DNA from: Terriglobia bacterium
GTDB lineage: Bacteria; Acidobacteriota; Terriglobia; 20CM-2-55-15
Direction of reading: 5' to 3'
DNA length: 64,000 bases
Assembly (NCBI GenBank): GCA_963664115.2
Contig: CAXWPJ010000004.1
Span: 1 to 64,000, forward strand
Shown: positions 29,901 through 39,905 of the stretch, one piece after another
Layout of the letters: the number at the start of each line of letters is the position of its first letter
How positions within the stretch are numbered: position 1 is the first letter of the stretch
The notes under the pieces: model-generated
Databases searched by the model: none
Told to the model about the DNA's origin: nothing
The model's input: only the letters and a program-made list of their open reading frames with translations
Translations under genes and position numbers: made by a program

Positions 29901-30277
29901 AAACGGACACGGATCCGTCGTTGACGGACTCTGAGCCACAACGCGTGAATCTGATTCTGGACAACCCGTTCGGCGACAAAACGGCGGGCAATTATCTCAA
30001 TCCGGCAGCATTCGAAAGACCGGCGGCAGGCACCTTCGGGAATTTGGGTCGGAGCAATATCCGGGGTCCCGGGACCTGGCAGTTCGACGTGTCGCTTTCG
30101 CGATCGTTCCAGTTGACAGAAGCGCAGCGGATCGAGCTCCGGGCCGAGGCTTTCAACATCTTAAACGGAACTCGGTTCAGAAATCCGCAGAACGACTTCG
30201 ACAGTAACACCTTCGGGCAGGTGACCAGGGCGGAAGATCCGAGAATCATGCAGTTCGCCCTGAAGTATTACTTCTAA
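26924..30277 (+). CDS. Oar-like TonB-dependent receptor with carboxypeptidase-regulatory-like domain
   Basis: Signal peptide; ISGRVTD.TGA.LPGV, LPLNGR, DALQEFKVET, RNQFGGTIGGP, PRIMQFALKYYF. Confidence 0.92.
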   Translation: MKGFWRYLSIALLASVCLCTDVWAQGTAEISGRVTDATGALLPGVEISTTQTDTGVSRIVVTNETGSYILPNLPLGPHQLTATLPGFQTFVQSGIVLQVGSSPAINIALEVGQVAQTIEVQANAAMVETRALGISQVIENERILELPLNGRAVNELVALFGAATTAPTLDGNRGRAPFTKSNVSVAGGLHTGVQYTLDGAYHQNPYTQGYMTLPFPDALQEFKVETGATGAAKGGKSGGSVTLVTQSGTNEYHGNLFEFVRNGKFNARNFFATKRDSIKRNQFGGTIGGPVVQNRLFFFGGYQGTTLRQDPSDTLGFVPTAAMMAGDFRALSSAACNRGREITLRAPFVDNQIDPALFSPPAVNLANKLPSSTDPCGRLIYGAPRPEDGHQFITRVDYQLSDNHSVFGRYLYDFLDRPSPYNIDGNVMNALEPSVFGRAHSVTVGSTTLFGSNIVHAIRLHSSRLLAGKFPAENADAALGPEDIGVNANVFIAHNPTYSISGGLGPSGLAPDGSNSTGPTKVAVFSLNDDLSIVTGSHQLAMGVQAAYWQGNSYSTAGTFSLRFRNRRTGLGWGDFFTGQVDRVSGGTGSQQHKIGQFFATYFGDTWQATPRLTVNYGVRWEPFLPLKNKDLAAAQFQEDWLEAGLQTVRFSDAPPGVLFHDDPQFTGGQAGMDKKWANFSPRLGFAFDVNGDGRTSIRVSAGSSYDYPHTGFLSGLTTSGPFNPSLRVSRVDFVNPWATRPGGDPFPRAGGPYIAVDTPWPQYSNFIDVDPNTANTQVYRWNLSVQHQLGTDWLVSASYLGSNTIHVYTNQAQNRPVFFPGNSDANGNCQAEGFVFAAGGPDRTCSTSSNTDDRRRLQLKYPEPGVGDKFGNLGKIDTGGTASYNGMLLSVQRRATGGVTLNVNYTWSHCISDPWLFNIHSSHGGGGLIQPNNRAYDRGNCVDTGDDRRHLFNTSVVMASPEFSNPTARALASGWQFSSIIRVLSGAFMSVETDTDPSLTDSEPQRVNLILDNPFGDKTAGNYLNPAAFERPAAGTFGNLGRSNIRGPGTWQFDVSLSRSFQLTEAQRIELRAEAFNILNGTRFRNPQNDFDSNTFGQVTRAEDPRIMQFALKYYF

Positions 30278-30458
30278 TATGGAGTGATTTAGTTAAGCGC
30301 GAGTTCCCGCCCGGTTTTCGAACCAGGCGGGAACCAATCCAAGTGATGACTCCGTCCAACACGAAGGCCACGATCGGCGGAAGTGTCGATCGTGGTGCTA
30401 CCTGAACAGTTTCAGCAATCAGCTGCGCCATCGGGATCACCAGGAACCCTCTCAGCAT

Positions 30459-31562
30459 AGCGTTGTTGCATGGATCGGGGCGGAGATGGAATTCGCCCTT
30501 TCCCAAGCGGTAGCGTCAGGCGATACGTTCGAACACAGGCCGTCCGAGTGCGGTCATTGTGTTCAGGACTTTCTGGCCGACCTGGATCTCCGTGATTTGC
30601 CTGGAGAAGCTGCGGGATTTGAGCTTGGGGCCGATGACGCTCTTCCAACGGCCGATCTGCGTTTCTATCCGGCTGCGCTGGTTGTACCCTGTGGCCGCCT
30701 GCCAGGCCATACGGCCATTGCTGCGGATCTGGGCAATATGGCGATCCCGAACGGTTGGACCCCGCGCCGATTGCGGACGGATCACTGCGTTCTTTGGCGG
30801 CGGTATAACCACATCCAGGGTCTCCCCATACCGTTCCCTCAGCAGATCCCGTGTAGACGCCCCATCATAGGCGCCGTCAGCCAGAAAGCCCGTGACCGGG
30901 GCATCCAGTTGATCCAGAAGCCCGGGCAAGGCGGTGCTGTCTCCAACGTCATCGTCAGTCAGATCGGCGCAAACAATCGCACCGTTCGCCAGGTCCAGTC
31001 CGAGGTGGAGTTTGCGCCAGCGGCGGCGTATTCCCTTGATTTTATGCTTCTGTGCGAGCCATTCCCCCTCGCCGAAGATCTTGAGGCCGGTACTGTCCAC
31101 CACCAGATGGACAGCCACAGACCCGGCTTGCCTCATCGCCTGAGCGATGTTCAAGCCGTTTGCGCGACGTGACAGTGTGGAGTAATCCGGCACCTGTATA
31201 TCCAGCCCCATGAGCGTGCCGATGGAACCCATCAGCCCCTGCGTTTGTCGCAACCCCAGCCGATACGCCGTGCGTAGCGTCAGGCATGTCTCGATCGCCA
31301 AATCCGAGTATCTCCACTGGCCACCCCGTGACGTGCGGCGCGGCGCGCTCCACACACTTTGAGCCTCCTCACTGACCCAGATCGTCAGATCACCCCGCTG
31401 GCGCAGGCTCTCGTTATATTCCGCCCAGTTGATCACCCGATACTGCGCCTTATCAAACTTGTGCCGTCGGGCTGCGTTGAACTTATGTGGCATCTAAGTT
31501 ATCCCCAGTGTTGAAAAACACCATGATTAGACATCCTTCGGGATGATCCATGCAACAAGGTC
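30459..31562 (-). mobile_element. IS5-family element, copy 2
   Basis: Same TIRs as 220-1323, in inverted orientation. Confidence 0.9.
30516..31493 (-). CDS. IS5-family DDE transposase
   Basis: Nearly identical protein to 289-1266. Confidence 0.95.
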   Translation of the reverse strand: MPHKFNAARRHKFDKAQYRVINWAEYNESLRQRGDLTIWVSEEAQSVWSAPRRTSRGGQWRYSDLAIETCLTLRTAYRLGLRQTQGLMGSIGTLMGLDIQVPDYSTLSRRANGLNIAQAMRQAGSVAVHLVVDSTGLKIFGEGEWLAQKHKIKGIRRRWRKLHLGLDLANGAIVCADLTDDDVGDSTALPGLLDQLDAPVTGFLADGAYDGASTRDLLRERYGETLDVVIPPPKNAVIRPQSARGPTVRDRHIAQIRSNGRMAWQAATGYNQRSRIETQIGRWKSVIGPKLKSRSFSRQITEIQVGQKVLNTMTALGRPVFERIA

Positions 31563-31591
31563 TTTAATAAGTAGTAAATGGAGAAAATCAC

Positions 31592-32419
31592 ATGAGTTTT
31601 TCAGTGGTAACAAATATTTCGTCCATCACTGCTCGATCCATGTTGAGCGGCGCTCAGGCCAACGTTAGACAGGCGCTGCATCAGTTGACTTCAGGATCGC
31701 GCATCAACAGTTCAGCGGACGATGCGGCGGGCCTGGCCAGGGCCAACCGGTATCGATTGGACAACACGACTCATACCGTCGGGGTCCGGAACGCGAACGA
31801 CGCGGGCAGCCAACTGCAGATTGAGGATGGAGCCCTAAACAACATTTCATCGTTAATGGATCGCGCGACGACACTGGCGGCTCAGGCTGCATCAGACACC
31901 TTCACCGGTGACCGGGCGATCCTGAATGAGGAGTTTCAGTCTGTCATGGCTGAAATTTCGAGGACCGCCTCTGCGGCAGGTCTGGAGACCGGCGGGGCGA
32001 ATCTGGACGTTCGCAAAGTCTTCGTCGGCAACACGCAAACCAATACCTCCGATAGCGTCAGCTACGTTGCTATCGCTGCGAATGACAGTGTAGACACGCA
32101 AGGACTGGGTCTCGACACCCAGGACATCCTGAGTCAGGACGGCGCTGCGGCGGCAATCTCGAAGCTTCAGGATGCATCGGGAACTCTCGGTACGGTTCAG
32201 GCCCGAACGGGAGCCGCGATGAACCGCTTGAGTTACGCCGCGTCTCAATCCCAGCGGGTTTCGGCCAGTTTACAAGCTTCCGAATCTCGAATTCGAGATG
32301 CCGACATTGCTGAGGCGATCGCCGAACTGACGAAAAACCGCATCCTGACCGATAGCGGCATAGCGGCCATGTCCTACGGGGAATTGTCTTCCGAATCTGT
32401 CCTGAAAGTTATCGGATAG
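31592..32419 (+). CDS. fliC: Flagellin, short type
   Basis: LTSGSRINSSADDAAGLA, RNANDA.S.LQI.DGAL, R.GA.MNRL, ESRIRDADIA. Confidence 0.92.
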   Translation: MSFSVVTNISSITARSMLSGAQANVRQALHQLTSGSRINSSADDAAGLARANRYRLDNTTHTVGVRNANDAGSQLQIEDGALNNISSLMDRATTLAAQAASDTFTGDRAILNEEFQSVMAEISRTASAAGLETGGANLDVRKVFVGNTQTNTSDSVSYVAIAANDSVDTQGLGLDTQDILSQDGAAAAISKLQDASGTLGTVQARTGAAMNRLSYAASQSQRVSASLQASESRIRDADIAEAIAELTKNRILTDSGIAAMSYGELSSESVLKVIG

Positions 32420-32927
32420 GGGCGCAGGCGACCCTGCGTCATACATAGTCGGGGAATTGATCGGCACACAAGCAGGCCGGCAATCAGGCACGTTGAAAAT
32501 GGGGAACGTGAAGCGGAATCCCCCGATAGATCCAACGGTTCGGTTAGCTTTGTTTAACTCGGATTAAGGATTTATTGGGGGAAACTCCGAGGAGCTTCGA
32601 GTCCTGTTTCCGGAATTGCAATTAACCTTCCCGCTAAGCCCCTCCACCCCTCATACCTTAGAAATCTCGATTCAGCTAAAGGCTGCGAATTCTGCATCTG
32701 AGGCTTACAGGTTGTCCCGCGACCACGGGAATGTTCTCAAGTGGATTCATTCCTTGCTCAGGTGGTAGACTGCGCTCGCCCAGCGCTTGCCGGCACTCAA
32801 GGAATACTGCATGGCTGGTGAGGCGGGCACCGCGAACTGATTCCGGCAGCTGGTTCTTCTCAATTGTTACTGAATGCGCGGCAAGGTCGTAGAGTGTCGC
32901 TGCCGCCGGAATTTAATCCGAGTACAC

Positions 32928-34085
32928 ATGAAGATTAGCCGCGATCGGATTCTTACCACCCACGTCGGAAGCCTTCCCCGAAGCGAGACCTTATCGGACC
33001 TTCTGCTCCAACGCGAGGCCGGTGAAGACGTCGATCCCGAGCGTCTCGCGGAGGAAATGGATCGTGGGGTTCGCCGTATTGTCGAAAAGCAGGTCGAAGC
33101 AGGAATCGACATCGGTAACGACGGCGAGCAGCAGCGTGTCGGCTTTCAGACTTACGTGCCCGGGCGCATGTCGGGTTTTGCCGGCGAATCCAACCGGCGT
33201 CCAGGACTCGACTATACGGAATTTCCGGAATTGGGCGAGACGCTGATGAGGCGCTTTCCAAAGCGCAGCAAGATGCAGAACGCGCCTGAAGCTCAAGGCG
33301 AGCTGAAGTACCTGGACACGGCGGCAATCAATCAGGAAATCGGTCGAGTTCTGGAGACGGCGAAGACGGCGGGCCGCTTTGAAGAGTGCTTCATGACTGC
33401 ACCATCACCCGGCATTATCTCCTCGACCATGCTCAACGCTTATTACGACTCGCAGGAGGCCTATCTGGACGCCATCGCACGGGAAATGCGGCATGAATAT
33501 CAGGCGATCCACAAGGCCGGGTTGGTCCTGCAGATTGACGCGCCTGATCTGGCGATGGACCGTGCCATGTTCTTTCGCGACTTGAACGATGCGGACTTCG
33601 TGAAAGCTGTGGAGCTGAACGTCGCGGCATTGAACAAGGGTCTGGAGGGCATTCCACCCGATAGGGTGCGTCTCCATTGCTGCTGGGGAAATTGGGACGG
33701 ACCGCACATATTCGACGTTGCCCTGGATCTGTTGCTGCCGGTTCTCTATCAGGCAAATGTGGGAGCCCTGAGCATCGAGCTTGCGAATCCCAGGCACCAG
33801 CACGAGTACCAGGCAATCCGGCGGAATCCACTGCCGGACCTCATGGTGCTGATTCCCGGCGTTATCAACACCACGACCAACATTGTGGAACACCCCGAAG
33901 TTGTCGCACGTCGGCTTGAGGAGGCTGTGGGCGTCGTCGGGGATCGTGAGCGGATCATCGCCAGCACCGATTGCGGCTTTGGAACTTTTACAAATCGCGA
34001 GTGGGTGATTGAACCCTCGGTGTGGCTCAAGCTCAAGACGCTCCGTGAAGGGGCCGATCTCGCTTCGAAGCGGCTATTTGGTTAG
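32928..34085 (+). CDS. Cobalamin-independent methionine synthase II family protein
   Basis: TTHVGSLPR, Q..AGIDI.NDGE, LQIDAPDL, HCCWGN, E.ANPRH.HE, STDCGF. Confidence 0.88.
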   Translation: MKISRDRILTTHVGSLPRSETLSDLLLQREAGEDVDPERLAEEMDRGVRRIVEKQVEAGIDIGNDGEQQRVGFQTYVPGRMSGFAGESNRRPGLDYTEFPELGETLMRRFPKRSKMQNAPEAQGELKYLDTAAINQEIGRVLETAKTAGRFEECFMTAPSPGIISSTMLNAYYDSQEAYLDAIAREMRHEYQAIHKAGLVLQIDAPDLAMDRAMFFRDLNDADFVKAVELNVAALNKGLEGIPPDRVRLHCCWGNWDGPHIFDVALDLLLPVLYQANVGALSIELANPRHQHEYQAIRRNPLPDLMVLIPGVINTTTNIVEHPEVVARRLEEAVGVVGDRERIIASTDCGFGTFTNREWVIEPSVWLKLKTLREGADLASKRLFG

Positions 34086-34190
34086 ATCAAGCGAAGCGAC
34101 GGTTCAACCCGGACACGGAAACGCTTGTCGCATTTCAAATGACTCTGCGCCCGAAGAGGTAGGACCCACAAACCCACTGGCAATGAAATT

Positions 34191-34901
34191 ATGATCGACA
34201 TACGCAAGAGTGAAGAGCGAGGCGGCGCTGACCGTGGGTGGGTGAAGGGACTTTTCACGTTCTCATTCGCGGACTACAACGATCCGGAGCACACAGGATT
34301 TCGCTCCTTACGTGTGATGAATGAGGATCGCATCAGTCCCGGAAAAGGTTTCGGTCCCCACGCGCACCGGGACATGGAGATCATCAGTTACATCCTGCAA
34401 GGACATCTGGTGCATCGAGACAGCATGGGGGAGCGGCACACGATGGGGCCGAACGAGATCCAGCTCATGTCGGCCGGCAACGGGATTGTGCACAGCGAGT
34501 TCAACGCATCCGAAACCGAGCCGCTCCACATGATGCAGATCTGGATCGAGCCAAGATGCGAAGATTTGCCTCCGTCCTATCAGCAGATCGCATTTTCTCC
34601 CGAGGAAAAACGCGGAAGATTGCGCCTGTTGGCCGGGCCGGAAGCGAGTGTGGGCGAGGGGGCAGCAGTCATAAATCAAGACGCCCGAGTATTTGTTGGG
34701 GAAGTCGCGACAGGAGAATGCGTACGCCATGTGCTCGGTCCCGGACGTTACGCGTGGGTGCAGGTCGTGAGGGGGGAGAGCTCAGTGAACGGGCGAGTGC
34801 TCGGTGCGGGCGACGGCGCTGCCTGTGGCAGCGAAGAAGAGTTGTCGGTGGTCGGGAGAGGACCTGAGGGCGGGGAAGTCCTCGTGTTCGATTTACATTG
34901 A
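34191..34901 (+). CDS. Pirin family protein (YhhW-like)
   Basis: TFSFADY, LRVMNED, GF.PH.HRDMEI, MSAG.GI.HSE.N, QIWI. Confidence 0.92.
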   Translation: MIDIRKSEERGGADRGWVKGLFTFSFADYNDPEHTGFRSLRVMNEDRISPGKGFGPHAHRDMEIISYILQGHLVHRDSMGERHTMGPNEIQLMSAGNGIVHSEFNASETEPLHMMQIWIEPRCEDLPPSYQQIAFSPEEKRGRLRLLAGPEASVGEGAAVINQDARVFVGEVATGECVRHVLGPGRYAWVQVVRGESSVNGRVLGAGDGAACGSEEELSVVGRGPEGGEVLVFDLH

Positions 34902-34911
34902 GGCGCATGAC

Positions 34912-35445
34912 ATGTCTCCGATCACAGTGATGATTGCTTTCTATTCGATCCGCGGTTCCACCGAGAGGCTTGCGACAGCTGCGGCTGTAGGCGCCGTGCA
35001 GGGTAGAGCCCGAATACGTTTGCGGCGCATGCCGGATGCGGGCTCCCTGGAAACAATTCGCGGGTTTCCCGAATTCAGAGAGTCTCTGGAGCGGATGAGA
35101 AAGGAATATGTCGGTCCCACGGAATCGGACGTGATCGCCTCGGACGCACTCGTGTTCGGAGTACCTGGAGATTTTGCGGCGGAGTCGGGGGAATGGAAGG
35201 GGTATCTGGACGTGCTTGCCCGGCTCGGGTCTCAAGGAAAGTTGCGTGGAAAGGTGGGCGTCGCACTTGGGAGCGAACCGGGACTTGCGGCCTTTTCAAG
35301 GGCGATTGCACCGCTGGCATTAGCTGCTCCGCGTTTGGGCGCCTCTCTCGCCGAGGAAGTCCCAAACGACGATGTCGCGCGTGCCATTGCCCTGGGTCGC
35401 CGGGTGGCCGCTGCGGCGCGGTCGCTCATAGATAGCACAGATTAA
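34912..35445 (+). CDS. Divergent WrbA/flavodoxin-like protein
   Basis: FYS..GSTE.LA.A.A.GA, D....DALVFG.P, G.L.GKVG, A.ALGRRVA. Confidence 0.7.
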   Translation: MSPITVMIAFYSIRGSTERLATAAAVGAVQGRARIRLRRMPDAGSLETIRGFPEFRESLERMRKEYVGPTESDVIASDALVFGVPGDFAAESGEWKGYLDVLARLGSQGKLRGKVGVALGSEPGLAAFSRAIAPLALAAPRLGASLAEEVPNDDVARAIALGRRVAAAARSLIDSTD

Positions 35446-35462
35446 TCAGAAGGAGTCGCAAT

Positions 35463-36564
35463 ATGCCGATCAAGATCGTGGATACCTTACTGCCGACCAC
35501 CATGGTCGGATCCTTCTCCCCGGCCGGGCTGGTATAACTACGAACTCCTTGGACGCGACATTCGCGTCGCGTTCAAAGAAGTCGGGCACGAAGAGGCGTA
35601 CAACGATGCCACCCAGGCGGTTATTCACGATCAGGAGGAAGCCGGCCTCGATATCATCACGGACGGACAGATGTCCTACGACGACTACGTCGGGGTGATC
35701 GGCTCGTTCTGCTGGTATATGTACGAGCGCATTCCCGGATTCCAGAACGCGAAGGAGATCCATCCGTCAGAGATCGGGGCTCCGGTGAGGACCAAAGAGA
35801 TCGAGCTTCTTGCCGACTGGGGCGGCGTGGTTAATGACGGGCCGGTGTCGCGCGGTCCGATCCGGCTCGCGGACCTCTATAAGATAGGCAAAAAGTATGC
35901 CACGAAACCCATGAAGGTGTCCGTCGGTGCCGGGTCGGTCAACCTGGCGTGGCATGTCCACTTCCAGCACTACAAAAATGCCCGTGAGCTGAGTTTTGCC
36001 CTGGCACCCATTTTCAACGCCGAGATGAAAGACCTCGTTGCGGCTGGAGCGACCTACCTGCAGTTGGAGGACCTCGGGGCCTGGCTCCCCGTGTTCACAA
36101 ACGACGAAAACGACTACGGTTGGATCGGGGACGTTATCGCAGAGTGTGTGGATGGGGTCGATGCCAAGGTGGCCTGGCATTTCTGCTTTGGTAATGCCTG
36201 GGGCAATGCCGTCGTTCCGAGCAACTATGCTACCGTCCTGCCCCATTTTTATGACGCTCCCGTGGATCAGTTCGTTCTGGACTTCGCGAATCGGGATAGG
36301 TCCGATATCGATTGTCTGAGTTCACTTCCTAAAGACAAGGAAGTCCAGATTGGGGTCATCGATATCCGTACCATGATGATCGAAACGCCCGAGCAGGTTG
36401 CGGACAGGATTCGTAGGGTGATCAAGGTCGTGCCGGCCGAACGCGTGTACTTAAGCACGGACTGCGGCATGAAGCCGCTTCCGCGTATCGTCGCGAGGAT
36501 GAAGTTACAGGCGCTTGTCGCAGGTGCAAAGATCGTCCGGGAAGAACTCAACGGCAAGTCGTAA
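35463..36564 (+). pseudogene. Second methionine synthase II family gene with a +1 frameshift near 35517 (may be a sequencing error)
   Basis: RBS aaggag; LPTTMVGSF|PRPGW...DQEEAGLDIITDG, HFCFGN, ETPEQVA.RI, STDCG. Confidence 0.8.
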
Positions 36565-36602
36565 CTTACGACTCCACTTTCAGCTTTCGAAGGAGGCTAG
36601 AT

Positions 36603-38215
36603 ATGCGAAACAGCATCTGGACCCTTTGTCTATTGGTGGCCGCCATGTGTGGCCAGGCAATGGGGCAGTCTGCCCCGGACGTGATCCGCAGGGCTGCGGC
36701 AGCGCTCGGAGGCGAGGACAGGATCCTCTCTGTCCGGACGCTCATGATCGAAGGCTATGGTCAGGCTGCAGCCCAGAACGGCGGCGCCAATGCCTCCGCT
36801 TCGGTGGATTCGCCCCAGGTGTGGACCAACATTCAGGCCTACGAAAAGACGATCGATCTGGTCAACAACCGTGTGCGTGTCCGTCAACGCACCCAGGCCT
36901 TTACCTCTGCCGCGACGCTCAGTCGGGGTCTGGAAAATTTCGTTACGACCCAGGTCCTGGATGGAGACCTGTCGTACACGGTCAACGAAGACGGAGAGGC
37001 CAGCCGCGGAGGGAACGCGGCCAACCTGCGTATCGAGATGCTGACGCACCCTGTCGTTCTCGTGCGCAAAGCGCTCGACCCGACGACCGTCGTCAACAAT
37101 TTGCGGAACCAGGGGAACCAGCAGCTTGTCGACATCACGACTGAGGCAGGCGACCAATTTATCCTCGGCATCGACAGAGAGACCCAACTCCCGACATCGG
37201 TGCGGTGGATGGTCAGCAACGGTATGCTGGCCGACCTCGCGTATCAGACAGCCTTCACCGGATACATGCCAATCGACGGACTCCAGATGCCGTTTGGATT
37301 CAATACCGTCATCGACTTCAGGAACATCGTCTCCAGCAAGCTCTACGTCAACAGGAACACCGTGGATGCGCCCATCGATGATCTTTTGCCGCACCCCAGT
37401 TGGTAGTGTCGGCCCCACCGCCGGCCCCTTTCGTGCCAATGGTTGATGCGGAAGTCGTCGCAGATGGAATCTGGCTACTCCATGGTAATCGGGGGCACAA
37501 CGGGATCGTATTTGAATTCGAGGATCATCTGACACTGTTCGAAGTGCCCGTGAATGAGGCGTGGACCCTTGCACTGATCGAAACCGCCCGGTCCCTGGTT
37601 CCGGATAAACCTCTCACTGAAGCCATCGTTTCCCATCACCATTTCGACCACTCGGGAGGGCTGCGAACGGCTATCGCCGAGGGCCTCACGATCATCGCTC
37701 ATCGAGGAACCGAGGATATGTTTGCTGAGATCGCCGCCCGGCCCTCGACCATAGCTCCCGATCACCTCGGCCGAAACCCGGCGCCCTTCAAATTCGTGGG
37801 GATTGACGACCATCTCAAATTGGAAGATGACGCTATGGAGATCGATCTCTATCACATCATCGGGGACGACCACATGGCCGAAGCGCTGATGGCCTACGTA
37901 CCTCGCGATCGAATTCTTGTGCAGGGAGATCTCTTTGACCTCTCGTGGCAGGGTTATTGGTGGCGGGACGTCTACGCTGACAACGTCGCACTCCGGAACC
38001 TGATGGTTGCGGATGTTCCCGTCCACGGTCCTGTCGTGCCGTACTCCCAGGTGCTCACGAGCCTTGAGGAGAAAATTGAAAGAACCCAGCAATTGTGCAT
38101 GGAACCTGTCGGACAGTTTCTCCCAACCTGTCCGTTCCAGCAGCGGCGGTGCAGGGGGACGGAACAGGGACGGACACTTCGGTCGAAATGCAGCGTTCAG
38201 ACTAAGACGCAGTAA
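36603..38215 (+). pseudogene. Secreted MBL-fold hydrolase split by a frameshift near 37385
   Basis: Signal peptide and A.ALGG N-domain in ORF1; SHHHFDH.GG, H.AEAL, GDL, VPVHG in ORF2; join in a T4 run (PIDDL|AAPQL). Confidence 0.8.
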
Positions 38216-38252
38216 GAAGGGTCCGTCCCTATCCTGAAGTGTCCGTCCCCTT
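38155..38252. repeat. Cluster of REP-like inverted GGGACGGACACTTC motifs
   Basis: agggacggacacttc (38166-38180) inverted against gaagtgtccgtcccctt (38236-38252), plus two partial copies. Confidence 0.7.
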
Positions 38253-38618
38253 AGAAATCCCCTCTCTTTCACGATGCCTGTGCGCGGCAACGGCAGGCGG
38301 TTTGTAATCAGTTCCAGTAATTTGGGCGACTCCAGTGATGGAAGTCTTCGTTGATTTCTTCCACTGGCAGGGTGTCTTCAACCAAAAAGTCGTCCTATAT
38401 CTTAGGAATAAGACTTAGGAATTCAAATCAAGCGTCTGAAACGGCTTTGGTGTTTTTCAACAACGGTTCAGCAGGTTTTCCGACTGTGCATTGTGGAACC
38501 GTTTAAGGCCCCCACCCCCTAAAGTGCCATCAATAACTATAATAAATATATTAATTAAGCTTGCCTTAGTTGTGGCCTGAGAGTAGTTTCGACTGATCCC
38601 TAGACGGAGGTTTCGGAA

Positions 38619-39869
38619 ATGAGATCACAGCGTGGTATGGCGCTGATCACGGCCCTGATGCTGCTCGCATTTCTCACGGTCGTGGGCGGAGCACTCTTAT
38701 CCAGCACGACGGTCGACCTTAAGATCGCCGATAACTACAAAACCAACGCACAGTTGTTGTTCCTCACCGAAGCCGGTCTCGATGCAGCCCGGGAAACGTT
38801 GAGGGTTTCGGCGAACGATCTGACCACGGATATGGTGGCGGCTGCCGGGACGGACACGACGCTGTCCGCATCGATGGACCTGGCCACGCTCCTGGCAACC
38901 GACGACCAGCCCCTCCTGCCATCTAGCAACAGCCTCCGAACGACGGGCCAGACCCTCGACAATGGTTCCGGGCAAACCATAGGCGCCTACCATGTATTCA
39001 TGCGCAACGATCCGGCGGAAGGTCAGACTGCGACAACGGATGCAAATGATGTCGTCACCCTGGTGAGTATCGGAACCATCGGCAACGCGACGCTGACGAT
39101 AGCAGCCGACGTCAAGAAAGGAACCTTTCCGCCCATTCCGGCAGCGCTGACTCTCAACGGAGGCATCGGTTTGTTCGATGCCGCAAATTCGAATCTGTTC
39201 CGCGTGGATGGATTTGATTCGGCGGGTAGCGGCAACAACGAGAATGCTATCGGTGTCATTTCTGCGGGGGACGATACGACCGTAACCGGCGCCATTCCCG
39301 CAAATCGGGTTTCCAACTACACCGGTGATGGCGGTGCCACACCAGACGTCGAAGACGTCAGCACTGACCTTTCGACATCGCTGGAAACAGTGTCCGGGCT
39401 GGAGGACATCGTCTCCAGCATCTCGGACTCGGCCACAGACACCTACACGCCGGGCTTCGGAAGCTCGACTTCGATCGGTGACATCGGAAGTGCCAGCGAC
39501 TACCGTGTTGTCGTCGTCAACGGCGATGCCACGTTCGGGCCCGGAACCGGCTACGGCATTCTGCTGGTACGGGGTGTCCTGACACTTTCGGGCAACTTCA
39601 ATTGGAACGGCCTGGTTCTGGCGATCGGCCAGGGAGAAATGCACTGGAACGGTGGTGGGAACGGAGAGGTACAAGGAGGCGTGTTTATTGCGAAGACGCG
39701 CGACACGGCAACGATGTCCGAACCGCTGGGAGCCCTGCGGACGACGAGGGGAGATATCATTGCCGACTTCAACGGCGGTGGCGGTGCAGGAATCATTTAC
39801 AACACGAGCACGATCGCCAGTGCAAACAACACGTTTCCGTATGACCCGATTGCGGTCTGGGAGTACTGA
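38619..39869 (+). CDS. PilX N-terminal domain protein (type IV minor pilin-like)
   Basis: Prepilin-like QRG|MALITALMLL, AEAGL; Gly-rich GILLV.G.L...G...W.GLV C-domain. Confidence 0.8.
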   Translation: MRSQRGMALITALMLLAFLTVVGGALLSSTTVDLKIADNYKTNAQLLFLTEAGLDAARETLRVSANDLTTDMVAAAGTDTTLSASMDLATLLATDDQPLLPSSNSLRTTGQTLDNGSGQTIGAYHVFMRNDPAEGQTATTDANDVVTLVSIGTIGNATLTIAADVKKGTFPPIPAALTLNGGIGLFDAANSNLFRVDGFDSAGSGNNENAIGVISAGDDTTVTGAIPANRVSNYTGDGGATPDVEDVSTDLSTSLETVSGLEDIVSSISDSATDTYTPGFGSSTSIGDIGSASDYRVVVVNGDATFGPGTGYGILLVRGVLTLSGNFNWNGLVLAIGQGEMHWNGGGNGEVQGGVFIAKTRDTATMSEPLGALRTTRGDIIADFNGGGGAGIIYNTSTIASANNTFPYDPIAVWEY

Positions 39870-39905
39870 AATGCTGGCCGACGGACGTCTGAACACGGAG
39901 AAATC

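Noticed and set aside
220-31562. Composite transposon or invertible 29-kb segment bounded by the two inverted IS5 copies
   Set aside because: No shared target duplication at the outer ends and no reciprocal flank match expected from an inversion; the copies differ at many positions.
32420-32927. SAM or cobalamin riboswitch upstream of the MetE-II gene
   Set aside because: I could not find the conserved cores of these riboswitches by eye; cmscan would be needed to exclude them fully.
35500-37400. Programmed ribosomal frameshifting at the MetE-II and MBL breaks
   Set aside because: No slippery heptamer or stimulatory structure seen; short-run indels are better explained by error or decay.
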